From an uncultured Methanosarcinales archaeon (GTDB taxonomy: Archaea > Nanobdellota > Nanobdellia > Woesearchaeales > JACPBV01), in assembly GCA_964618315.1 (NCBI GenBank), contig CAZTWQ010000004.1, forward strand, positions 15,866 to 79,865: a stretch of 64,000 nucleotides of DNA, in the 5' to 3' direction. Below are positions 38,059 through 47,462 of the stretch, piece after piece (positions within the stretch are counted from its first letter, which is position 1; every line of letters starts with the position of its first letter). The notes under the pieces are model-generated. The model worked only from the letters and a program-made list of their open reading frames with translations, searched no databases and was not told the DNA's origin. The position numbers were made by a program, and so were the translations under genes.

Positions 38059-38658
38059 ATGGCAAGTGGAGCATATAATCTTGAGGAATTTGTTAGGATT
38101 CTGGATTCTTGGGGACTAACAGACGTTATGTTACCTTTTTTATTGATTTTTGTGGTAATGTTTGCATTATTGACCAAAGCTAGGATTTTAGGTGAGGACA
38201 AAAGAAGATTTAACCTAATCATAGCTCTGGTATTGGCATTATTGGTTGTCATACCACACGTACTGGATGTATATCCTGAAGGTGGCGATGTTGTAGAGAT
38301 AATGAACAACGCCTTACCACAGGTATCACTTATTGCAGTAGCAGTAATAATGTTGTTGCTATTGATTGGATTATTCGGTGGAGAAGCAAAATGGATGGGA
38401 TCAAGCATGTCCGGATGGATAGCCATAGTAGCGTTTATAATAATATTAGTGATATTCGGTGGAGCAGCAGGCTGGTGGGGTAACTGGTCATGGTTCTATG
38501 ACTTCTTCGGTGGAGAGACCATAGCGATAATAATAATGATTTTGGTATTTGCCGTAATCGTATGGTGGATAACAAGAGGGGAAGGCAAGGAAAAAGAACT
38601 CAACGCACTATCCAATGTTGGAAAGTGGGTTGGTGAAATGTTCGGTGGCGGAAAATAA
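38059..38658 (+). CDS. Multi-pass membrane protein, paralog 2 of 3
   Basis: 199 aa. LDSWGLTDVMLPFLLIFVVMFALLTKARILG and a Trp/Gly-rich loop GGAAGWWGNWSWFYDFFGG. Confidence 0.6.
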   Translation: MASGAYNLEEFVRILDSWGLTDVMLPFLLIFVVMFALLTKARILGEDKRRFNLIIALVLALLVVIPHVLDVYPEGGDVVEIMNNALPQVSLIAVAVIMLLLLIGLFGGEAKWMGSSMSGWIAIVAFIIILVIFGGAAGWWGNWSWFYDFFGGETIAIIIMILVFAVIVWWITRGEGKEKELNALSNVGKWVGEMFGGGK

Positions 38659-38665
38659 ATAGAAA

Positions 38666-39175
38666 ATGGCTACATTCCTGGATATAACAGGATTGCAACA
38701 GTTTTCTACTTTTTTTGTTTTTATTTTTGTATGGCTGTTAGTTTATGCAATTCTGAGTTATACTAAAATTATTGGAGATAACATAGGTATAAATGTAATC
38801 ATAGGCCTGATATTAGGTCTCCTTGTCTTATTCTCCCCCATTGCAACAGGATTGATTGAATATGTAGCCCCTTGGTTTGGAGTTCTATTTGTTTTTATTA
38901 TATTTGCAACAATAGCCCTAAGGTTATTTGGAGCGACTAATGTAGAAAGCTTAGGATCTCTAAGGATAGTTACAATAGTAGTCATCTTAGTCATATTTAC
39001 AATCGGTGCACTAAGTTATGTCAGACAGCAAGTTACAGCACCAGGTGATAACGAAACAAGCATAGATTATGGAAAAACAACTACAATACTATTCCATCCA
39101 AAAATACTAGGTGTACTATTCATACTTATACTTGCAGTATTTACTATAGTCTTGATGGCTGGAAAACAATATTAG
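38666..39175 (+). CDS. Multi-pass membrane protein, paralog 3 of 3
   Basis: 169 aa. LDITGLQQFSTFFVFIFVWLLVYAILSYTKIIG. Confidence 0.55.
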   Translation: MATFLDITGLQQFSTFFVFIFVWLLVYAILSYTKIIGDNIGINVIIGLILGLLVLFSPIATGLIEYVAPWFGVLFVFIIFATIALRLFGATNVESLGSLRIVTIVVILVIFTIGALSYVRQQVTAPGDNETSIDYGKTTTILFHPKILGVLFILILAVFTIVLMAGKQY

Positions 39176-39397
39176 GACCATTTCTTTATTATCTAATTTT
39201 TTATAATATTGCCTATAATTATACTTTCAGTATCTACTTAAGAATGCCAATCAATAAATCATTAGAATTTCTATTTGTTAAGAATACCTTGCTGCTTGCG
39301 GTGATTGGGTAATTAATAGATTATTGCATAAATGGTATTATTAACTTTAAAAATCCCGCCTAATTAAATACATTGCCCCTTGGAGAGATTGGGATTT

Positions 39398-39991
39398 TTA
39401 TTTTCTTTTTACAACACTAGGAGCCTTACCTGAATATCTTTGTAACTTATTAACACTATCAGTCAAAGATGGCAAAACCTTAGAAAAAACCTTTCCCATT
39501 GCTTTTATTTCTGTTCCAACATTAGTTAGGTTATCATCATATTCAGTAATCTTGCCTAACATTCCTTTATGTAAAGAATCAAAAGAACCCTTTAGATCAT
39601 TGATTTGTTGTTGTAATTGGGATAATTTTTCAGTAACTCCTTCTTTCCATTCTGTTATCTTCTCTATCTCTTTTTTCTTCTCTGCCCATTTCTCCTCAAC
39701 AATCGCTTCTGCAACTTCTTCTATCCCTTCCTTATTTAGTTCAGGTGCAGGTGGTTGAGGTGGAGCTTGACCACCAGCCATTGGTGGTGCTGCTTGTTGT
39801 TCCATTGGAGCTTGTGCTCCTTGAGAATAAGGATCTTGTTGAGGATAAGCTTCTTGACCATAACCTTGGTCTGCAGCCCCATATTGTTGCCCATATGGGT
39901 CTTGTGCAGGTGCTGCTCCAGGTGGCATCCCCATATCAGGTGGAGGCATTCCTGGCGTAGCTTCCTCTTTCTTTTTACCAAATAATACCAT
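39398..39991 (-). CDS. Pro/Gln/Gly-rich low-complexity N-terminus plus coiled-coil C-terminal domain protein
   Basis: 197 aa. The first ~85 aa are P/Q/G/A repeats (PQQDPYSQGAQAP...), followed by heptad-like helices. Confidence 0.55.
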   Translation of the reverse strand: MVLFGKKKEEATPGMPPPDMGMPPGAAPAQDPYGQQYGAADQGYGQEAYPQQDPYSQGAQAPMEQQAAPPMAGGQAPPQPPAPELNKEGIEEVAEAIVEEKWAEKKKEIEKITEWKEGVTEKLSQLQQQINDLKGSFDSLHKGMLGKITEYDDNLTNVGTEIKAMGKVFSKVLPSLTDSVNKLQRYSGKAPSVVKRK

Positions 39992-40090
39992 AATCTATCT
40001 AACCTCTTTTTATTAATTTATTGTAACATTAGTATATAAATTTATCGAAAAATTTCTAATGAACTTATCGAAAATAAACATTACCTAATT

Positions 40091-40555
40091 TTACTTTCTT
40101 TCACTAAGTTTCTCATCTATAATTTCATTAATCTCATTACGTGTAACAAAATTCAAAGGTTCCCACATATCAACATACTTTTGTAATACTTTGATATCTT
40201 CTTTCTTTGCTCCACTCTGCAGTTCTTTTAATATCATCAATATCTTACTCTTCATTTCATCTGATTCTTTCCTTAGTTCATTTATATCTGATATCAATGT
40301 TTTAATCTCCTTATTTAGTTTATTATTCCTTTTAATCATATTTGATTCAGTAACCTTTAACTCAACCTGTAAATTAGAATATCTTTCTTCAAGAACCCTC
40401 AATCTATTGATGGTGTTTGCTAATTCAGGAGAAAGTGGCTTAACCTCTTCTTCTTTTTTCTTCTGCTTAAACAGACCGCCGCCTTTCTTTTCTTCATGCG
40501 CCTTCTCAAAAGGATTAGGGATTTCTACCATATCCCTATAAAAAAAGAAATACAA
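40091..40555 (-). CDS. Coiled-coil protein (hypothetical)
   Basis: Central RLRVLEERYSNLQVELKVTESNMIK... coiled coil. The likely true start is the internal MVEIPNPF at 40531. Confidence 0.5.
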   Translation of the reverse strand: MYFFFYRDMVEIPNPFEKAHEEKKGGGLFKQKKKEEEVKPLSPELANTINRLRVLEERYSNLQVELKVTESNMIKRNNKLNKEIKTLISDINELRKESDEMKSKILMILKELQSGAKKEDIKVLQKYVDMWEPLNFVTRNEINEIIDEKLSERK

Positions 40556-40646
40556 TATAAACTTATGTTAGTATTTCAGAGTTGTACATAATACCATTTG
40601 GTTTTCAATAGATACTTTTAAATAAATATTATCTATTATTTATCAT

Positions 40647-40901
40647 ATGGCGGGAAGTTTTATTGGAAAATCTATAGAATTCTTGATTGGATTAATCATA
40701 CTTCCAAGATTAGTTACTTTAATCTGGATATTGATAGTGCCTTATTTTGGACTGGGTGCGCAAACTGCCATTATTGCTAATCTTGTGATTTCTGCAGTTT
40801 TGATAATCATAACATTCTTCATAAGAAAAACAGTAGCTATCGGATTCTTGATTGGAACTGTTTGGGATATAATCGCAGGATATCTTGTATTATCTGGATG
40901 A
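40647..40901 (+). CDS. Small membrane protein (hypothetical)
   Basis: 84 aa with three hydrophobic helices. Confidence 0.45.
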   Translation: MAGSFIGKSIEFLIGLIILPRLVTLIWILIVPYFGLGAQTAIIANLVISAVLIIITFFIRKTVAIGFLIGTVWDIIAGYLVLSG

Positions 40902-41075
40902 GATAAAAACCAAGAAATTACTTCCTGATAAAACTTCATTTTTATCTGAATGGGGTTAGAATGTCTTTAACAAATGTACAATATCTTTAGTCTTTTTACC
41001 CTTTGTAGCCCGAGACTTCCAATGAACTCGAAACAATAATAACCTTTATATAAGTATAGAATATTATTAATCATT

Positions 41076-41378
41076 ATGAAGGCAGTTATTATTATATGTT
41101 TAATATTATCAATCTTTATTTTTGGCTGTTCCAAACAGATGCCAAATTCTTCAGATACTAATGATAATGATGTTGATGTTTCAGGTGTAGATATGTCAGA
41201 TTTAAAATATTGCGAAACAGATGATAATTGTGTGATTCAATATAATATTCTATATAATAACCAATGTTCTGCAGGTTGTTTCAACAAAAATTCAGAAGTT
41301 GATAATTCCTGCGATTTAAAATGGGAACCATCTTCACCAGATAAGATATGTGTATGTAACAATAACATATGTTCTTAG
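41076..41378 (+). CDS. Small secreted Cys-rich lipoprotein-like protein
   Basis: Signal peptide with the lipobox-like FIFGCSKQ (same GCSKQ as 12334-12660) and eight further Cys. Confidence 0.5.
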   Translation: MKAVIIICLILSIFIFGCSKQMPNSSDTNDNDVDVSGVDMSDLKYCETDDNCVIQYNILYNNQCSAGCFNKNSEVDNSCDLKWEPSSPDKICVCNNNICS

Positions 41379-41462
41379 TTCTGTCTCGGGCTCTTAATTA
41401 TATTAATTAATATATCACCTAGTTAAGGATAATAAAAAAAGCAAAGCCCAAATATAGCATCA

Positions 41463-41789
41463 TTATCTCAATCTTTGACCACACTTAGGACAGAAATTCT
41501 CATAACCATACAATCTACTTCTGCATTTTATACAATATGGCATCTTTCGTTGAACAGCCCTCTGCTTTGCATAATTCTGCTGATAAGCACCTGCCTTAAT
41601 CTGCCTTTTTTCAACAGAGCTTTCTTTTTTCCTGTTAACAAACATTATCCCTAGCTTTGCAACACCCACAATCAGGAAAACATACCCTAATAAGATAAAC
41701 AAAGCAAACTTCTTAGAATCCAGTTTATAAGAAAAGAACAAGACACTAACCCCTAAGATTAAATAAACACTCCAATGAATCTTAACCAT
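41463..41789 (-). CDS. Membrane protein with C-terminal zinc ribbon
   Basis: Two TM helices, then CIKCRSRLYGYENFCPKCGQRL. Confidence 0.55.
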   Translation of the reverse strand: MVKIHWSVYLILGVSVLFFSYKLDSKKFALFILLGYVFLIVGVAKLGIMFVNRKKESSVEKRQIKAGAYQQNYAKQRAVQRKMPYCIKCRSRLYGYENFCPKCGQRLR

Positions 41790-42103
41790 TTAAACCTCTT
41801 TTTTTGTTTATTCTTGATGATATTTATTAAACTTTGATGAGTATTATTTTATTAGTTATTCTTTATTAATTATTTTTTTAATGATTTTAATTATTTATTA
41901 TCAGTTATTTACTTTGTTAAATTTCTTTTTAATTATTTATTAATTTTTATGAGTATTATTTTATTATTAATTCTTACTTATTATTGATAATTTCCTTATT
42001 AATTATATTTTTTAATAGTATTTATTTTCCAATGATTTTTATCTTTTATCGAGTTTACCTTTTAATTATTAACCTTTTAATAAACTAATCATTTATTATA
42101 AAC

Positions 42104-43405
42104 TCATTTCTTACCAATAACCTTAATCCCATTCATATAAGGCACCAAAACAGCAGGAACCTTTATTGAACCATCTTTTTGCTGATAATTCTCGATTATA
42201 GCACGAAGCGCACGACCTGTAGCAATAGCAGTTGAATTCAAAGTATGTATATATTCTTTGTCAGAACCTTTCTTATACTTAATATTCAACCTCACAGCCT
42301 GATAAGAAGTGCAATTAGAACAAGAAACAGCTTCCTTATACTCATTCTCACGAGGCATCCATACTTCAAGGTCAAATTTCTTAGCAGCAACAATCCCAAT
42401 ATCTCCTGTGCATATATTCACTATCCTATATGGCAGTTTAAGCTTCTTAAATAATTCCTCAGCATTGCCTATCAACTCTTCATGAAGCTTCCATGAATCT
42501 TCTGGTTTGCAGAATATAAACTGCTCAATCTTATTAAACTGATGAACTCTAAATAATCCCCTTTCATCAACACCATGTGAACCAATCTCTTTTCTAAAAC
42601 ATGCACTGACTCCGCAGTATTTTATAGGCATATCTTTTTCATCCAGCACCTTATTCATCATCAAAGCACCTATAGGATGCTCAGATGTAGCTATCAAAAA
42701 AAGATCTTCATTCTCACCCTCTACTTTATACATGATATTCTCAAAATCAGAAAGGTCAGTAACACCCTCATATGGTTCTCTTCGAAGCATAAATGGCGGC
42801 TCAACCAGACTAAACTTTTTCTTAGTCAAAGAATCAATAGCAAACCTTTGCAATGCCTGCTCCAATAAAGCAAGATCACCTATAAGATAGTAAAATCCCT
42901 TACCTGAAACTTTAGCAGCGTCCTCAAAATTAGCAAGCCCTCTTTCCTCGATCAACTCACCATGCGGTCTCAACTCAAAGTCAAACTTAGGTATATCTCC
43001 CCATTTCCTGACTTCTTGGTTTTCAGTATCATCTTTCCCAACAGGAACACTTTCATGTAAAACATTAGGCAGCCTCATCAGATAGTAATTTATTTTATCT
43101 GAAACCTCTTTTATCTTCTCATCAACTTCCTTTATCTTATCAGGGAGATCCTTTGCTTCTTTTACCTTTGCAGAGATATCCTCGCCTGATTTACGAAGTT
43201 TGTTTATCTCATTTGTAATCTCATTTCTCTTATGCCTTAGTTTTTGATTTTCTTGTAGAAGTTCTTTTCTTTCTTCGTCTTTTTTTATTACTTCATCTAC
43301 CCATTTTATCTTTTCAGTATCCTGTCTTTTCTCAAGGTCTTTCTTGATAACATCAGGATTTTCCCGTATTAGCTTTATATTTAACATAAGAACTTGTTTA
43401 TTCAA
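42104..43405 (-). CDS. serS: Seryl-tRNA synthetase
   Basis: N-terminal coiled-coil arm and a class II core (TSEHPIGA, CFRKEIGSHG). The likely true start is MLNIKLIRENP at 43387. Confidence 0.93.
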   Translation of the reverse strand: MNKQVLMLNIKLIRENPDVIKKDLEKRQDTEKIKWVDEVIKKDEERKELLQENQKLRHKRNEITNEINKLRKSGEDISAKVKEAKDLPDKIKEVDEKIKEVSDKINYYLMRLPNVLHESVPVGKDDTENQEVRKWGDIPKFDFELRPHGELIEERGLANFEDAAKVSGKGFYYLIGDLALLEQALQRFAIDSLTKKKFSLVEPPFMLRREPYEGVTDLSDFENIMYKVEGENEDLFLIATSEHPIGALMMNKVLDEKDMPIKYCGVSACFRKEIGSHGVDERGLFRVHQFNKIEQFIFCKPEDSWKLHEELIGNAEELFKKLKLPYRIVNICTGDIGIVAAKKFDLEVWMPRENEYKEAVSCSNCTSYQAVRLNIKYKKGSDKEYIHTLNSTAIATGRALRAIIENYQQKDGSIKVPAVLVPYMNGIKVIGKK

Positions 43406-43437
43406 CTGGATATTTAAATATTTTGATTATGGACTTA

Positions 43438-44535
43438 TTATCTCTCTGAACTGGCATGAAGATATCTGCACATATCAGCAAAAAGGAAAGTATGAGCTTG
43501 ATTTACAACACCGTCTGGCAAATCTTGCATACATCTTAAGTCTTGCATATCTCTTTCAAACAAAGAACCAGCCCCACTATGGCTAAATCCTGAAAGATCA
43601 CGAACTCTATGATAATCTACTGGAAAAGAATCCCTTCTTCCATCTGAATAAGTAACATCAACTCTTAATCCAATATGATCTGTTCCTTCTGTTAATGTAA
43701 ATACACCATCAGATCCAGCTTCAATGTCCTTTAAACTAACTCCATGAACACCATAATCAAAGTTTTCTTGACTTAAAGCATCTCTCGCTAAATTAAGCAT
43801 ACGATGTAAGGTACCATTAGCAGGTTCCTCTCTATAAACTTCTGTTATCCCTGTTTTATCAAAAGTTAAGATGCGTATATATTCTTGTTGACCTTCAGAC
43901 CATTGAACAATTGTGCTCCCATAAACCTCTTCCATTGTACCCTCTGGGAAATAACCCATAAATTCATTATAATTTAATCTACTTATAGCATTACCTAACA
44001 TGGATATTCTTGTTAAATCCTTTGTAGCTTCTTCTGGAAGATTACTCACATCCCTACATTCTAATTCTAGTCTCTTCATTGATTCTCCAACAAAAGTATT
44101 ATAACTAGATAATACTGATGCAGGTGACATATCTCTTGACCTCTCATCTAATTTTTGAAGGTTATCACCAATTACAACAACAAGCCTGTAAAGTTCGCTT
44201 GCTTTTTGTAATTCATAGAATTCAGTCTTTAATCTATCTGTTGCTTCTTTTAAAGCCCCAGAGTTTGCTAGATAACCCCAGTTACTTGCTGTTGCACCTA
44301 CTCTCTCAACAAGGTCGTTAATTTCAAGACCATGCTTATATCTAAGTTCCTCAACACCTGGATATCGATTCTCAAGATATCCTCTAGCAGAATCTAATCT
44401 CCATAAAAACAAAGAACAAAGCCTTTGTGCTAAATCACCACCAGAATTAGATTCCCCTAAATCAACAATCTCCCCTTCAGAACTTTCTACAGTCGTTTCC
44501 AAGTCTATGCTAGGAGCATTTATCGTATTTACCAC
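43438..44535 (-). CDS. Hypothetical protein (large Arg-rich orphan, GTG start)
   Basis: 365-aa soluble ORF with no recognisable domain. Same strand as the PIN-ATPase-KH gene and 94 nt downstream of it. Confidence 0.5.
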   Translation of the reverse strand: MVNTINAPSIDLETTVESSEGEIVDLGESNSGGDLAQRLCSLFLWRLDSARGYLENRYPGVEELRYKHGLEINDLVERVGATASNWGYLANSGALKEATDRLKTEFYELQKASELYRLVVVIGDNLQKLDERSRDMSPASVLSSYNTFVGESMKRLELECRDVSNLPEEATKDLTRISMLGNAISRLNYNEFMGYFPEGTMEEVYGSTIVQWSEGQQEYIRILTFDKTGITEVYREEPANGTLHRMLNLARDALSQENFDYGVHGVSLKDIEAGSDGVFTLTEGTDHIGLRVDVTYSDGRRDSFPVDYHRVRDLSGFSHSGAGSLFERDMQDLRCMQDLPDGVVNQAHTFLFADMCRYLHASSER

Positions 44536-44629
44536 CTATTTTGGTATTCAATACCAAAAAAACCACATATTATTTCTGTAAGTTCATGTATTTAAAACTT
44601 TTGTTTGAGAATTCTATTTTATGGTCTTA

Positions 44630-46501
44630 TCAACCCATCAACTTAATCTCATCATCACTATTATAAGCATTGATAAGCATACGACCTATCGGACTGTTCT
44701 TCTTAACTTTTATAACACCAGTCTTTCCAGCTCTGGCGTTTAAAACAAAATCCCCCTTGACATAAACATCAATATCTTTATTCTGCATACCAGTACCTAA
44801 TTGAAACATAATTCCATTTTTCTTAATTCTAACATCATATGACTGTCCATCCTTCTCTTTTCTCTCACCTTCTCGGATATCATCTCTTGTCAATGCTTGA
44901 ACATCAATACTCATCCCTAACTTTTTTTCCATAGCAATAATATTCTTTCCTTCTTTGCCGATAATCTTAGCGACATCATTCTCAGGAACCTTTACAACAC
45001 ATTTATTATTAGATATGCAATCTACCTCAACATCATCAACATATCTTCTAAACTCATTTACAATACCTTCTTCTGCTAATTTGTGGACACTGCTTTTACT
45101 GCCTTCTTCATTTACTGGAACAACAACAGTCTGCTCACCATAAGAATATATCTCATAAATCAATTTCCCTGATTCAAAATCATTTATAACCACTATTGGA
45201 CGGGCAAGATCAGCTTCAGTCATACCAGAAGGAACCTTAACAGTCATCTTCAAGCTCAAAACTTTTTCGATCCCACCGTTTTTGATAAAAACAACAGTAT
45301 CGATAATCTGGGGGATAACACCCATCTCAACCCTGCCCAAAAATCTTTGGATCGCATCAACAGGGTTTGTTGCGTGAACAACGCCAACCATTCCAACACC
45401 AGCAAGGCGCATATCTGCAAACAGCTTAAAATCATCAGTATTTCTCATCTCATCAAATATAGTATAGTCAGGACGGCTAAGCAACAAGATATCATGGATC
45501 TCTTGGGCATCTCCATGTGAGATAGCATACTGTGTCACTCTTTCAGGCAATATTAAATCTCTTGGAGCCTCAACAGTTTTTACGATCTTATCTTGGGCAG
45601 CATAAAACTCGGCTAACCCTTGGGAAAAAGTAGTCTTACCCATTCCAGGAGCTCCAGCAACTAAAATTCCTTCTGCCTGCTCTGCAATTCTTGTCTTTAG
45701 TTTTTCACTTAATCCATATTCATCTAATCCTAATCTTTTAACTGGCCTTACAGCAGTGATCTCCCATCCATCACTAAATGGTGGCTTTGTAATGACAATC
45801 CTATTCTTTCCAAGCTGTATTATCGTACTACCTTCTCTCTCTATCTCGATAAAACCATCACGTCGAAGTTTTGCATCCTCGATTATTTCCCTAGAAATAT
45901 CCTGTACCTCTTCCTGCGTCAGCTCTTTTTTACGTAGTGCTACAAAATCCCACTTACCCGGAAATCCTTTCTTAGCATATGGCTGCACATTCTCTCTCAG
46001 ATGTACACTCATTGTTGTTTCATCAAAGAACTTATCCAGCTTTAGGGTTCTAACTGCACTTTCAGGACTAAAATAAAGAACCTTAACTCCTATTGCTAAT
46101 GCAACTTCTTTCTGGACCTTATCAGAAGTTATCAAAGTACCATCTTCATCATAGGCTAACTGCCTAATCATACTATCTATCTCTCCCAAAGACGCATATT
46201 TTATCTCAGAAGCCTTAGGTCTGGTTCCCTCAAATTTTAATTCAAATTCCTTACCAAGTTCTCTCATCCTTTTAATCTCATCAAGTCCTAGAAAACCGAT
46301 TGCCTTACCTAGATTAGCCTGATGTTCAAGTTCAGCAATGACTGCATTGTGGATAATAACTAACTTAACTTGTAATTCTTTATCACTTACTTTCTTAGAA
46401 ATAAGACCTTCTATTATAACAGAAGTATCTGGAATAAGTTTTTCAATTTGTTCATAAGAGTTATCCTTTAAATTTTCTTTTTTTTCGTTTGCCATATCCA
46501 C
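44630..46501 (-). CDS. PIN-domain / PilT-like ATPase / KH-domain protein (COG1855 type)
   Basis: N-terminal PIN-like region, Walker A GAPGMGKTT and C-terminal KH motif IIGKEGKNI. The ATG at 46495 is the probable start. Confidence 0.75.
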   Translation of the reverse strand: MDMANEKKENLKDNSYEQIEKLIPDTSVIIEGLISKKVSDKELQVKLVIIHNAVIAELEHQANLGKAIGFLGLDEIKRMRELGKEFELKFEGTRPKASEIKYASLGEIDSMIRQLAYDEDGTLITSDKVQKEVALAIGVKVLYFSPESAVRTLKLDKFFDETTMSVHLRENVQPYAKKGFPGKWDFVALRKKELTQEEVQDISREIIEDAKLRRDGFIEIEREGSTIIQLGKNRIVITKPPFSDGWEITAVRPVKRLGLDEYGLSEKLKTRIAEQAEGILVAGAPGMGKTTFSQGLAEFYAAQDKIVKTVEAPRDLILPERVTQYAISHGDAQEIHDILLLSRPDYTIFDEMRNTDDFKLFADMRLAGVGMVGVVHATNPVDAIQRFLGRVEMGVIPQIIDTVVFIKNGGIEKVLSLKMTVKVPSGMTEADLARPIVVINDFESGKLIYEIYSYGEQTVVVPVNEEGSKSSVHKLAEEGIVNEFRRYVDDVEVDCISNNKCVVKVPENDVAKIIGKEGKNIIAMEKKLGMSIDVQALTRDDIREGERKEKDGQSYDVRIKKNGIMFQLGTGMQNKDIDVYVKGDFVLNARAGKTGVIKVKKNSPIGRMLINAYNSDDEIKLMG

Positions 46502-46593
46502 AATTAGAATGTTGTTATTTATATACCTTATGATTTTAACAAAGTTAAAGTCATAATGGTTTTAGGAAGTGAAGCTTACTAAACTGTTTTGTA

Positions 46594-47448
46594 TTATTTA
46601 ACAGGGTCAATATGCACAAACGCCCTATCTACTTCTTCCAAATTCTCAACCTTGCTTTGAACATTATCCCCAATATGATGTGCTCTATAGATTGTTAACT
46701 TCCTACTTACTTCTATATGCACTTCTACCTGCAATAAAACACCGACATAATGCGCCCTAACATCATTAAGACCCTTGACATCCTTAACACCTAAGGAAAT
46801 TTTCTTAATCTTCTCCATTAATTCTGGAGAAGGCGCACTACCCATTAAAAACCTAACATTATCAACTCCAACATTATAACCAGAATAGATAATCCATAAA
46901 CCAATAATCAAACCAACTATTGGATCTAAAAATACATACCCTAAATAAGCCCCCCCTAATCCAATCAATACTCCAATAGAGATCAAAACATCATTTCTAT
47001 GGTCAATGGCCGTCGCTAATAAGGCAGGACTATTAATTCCTTTGTTCGCTTTCTTAGTATAGACATATAAGTAAGATTTCAAAATCAAAGTAAATCCCAT
47101 AACCATCATTGGAGCAACACCCTTGATCATCCCCCCGCCAATAATCAACCTATCAACAGCAGCTTTGATAATCTCAAAACCTAAGATACCCATAAGGATA
47201 GCCACAATAAGCCCGGCAATTGGTTCAGCCCTATGGTGTCCAAATGGATGACCTTCATCAGCTCGTTTAGCAGAAACCTTTACACTAATAAACAATATGA
47301 CTGATGTGATTATATCAGTAAGTGAATTTATAGAATCAGAAATAACAGATATGCTGTTATACACAATCCCTACAAAAATCTTCAATATAAACAATACAAT
47401 ATTACCAAATAATCCCCATAGCGTTGCTTTTTTAGCTGTATTATTCAT
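46594..47448 (-). CDS. Cation diffusion facilitator family transporter
   Basis: Six TM helices with SDSINSLTD and HHRAEP-type motifs, plus a C-terminal cytoplasmic domain. Confidence 0.8.
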   Translation of the reverse strand: MNNTAKKATLWGLFGNIVLFILKIFVGIVYNSISVISDSINSLTDIITSVILFISVKVSAKRADEGHPFGHHRAEPIAGLIVAILMGILGFEIIKAAVDRLIIGGGMIKGVAPMMVMGFTLILKSYLYVYTKKANKGINSPALLATAIDHRNDVLISIGVLIGLGGAYLGYVFLDPIVGLIIGLWIIYSGYNVGVDNVRFLMGSAPSPELMEKIKKISLGVKDVKGLNDVRAHYVGVLLQVEVHIEVSRKLTIYRAHHIGDNVQSKVENLEEVDRAFVHIDPVK

Positions 47449-47462
47449 AATCTCATCTCACT

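Noticed and set aside
39736-39985. Three overlapping ORFs on both strands inside 39398-39991
   Set aside because: They are artefacts of the Pro/Gln/Gly-rich repetitive coding region, which is open in several frames. Only the 197-aa minus-strand ORF continues into a sensible coiled-coil domain.
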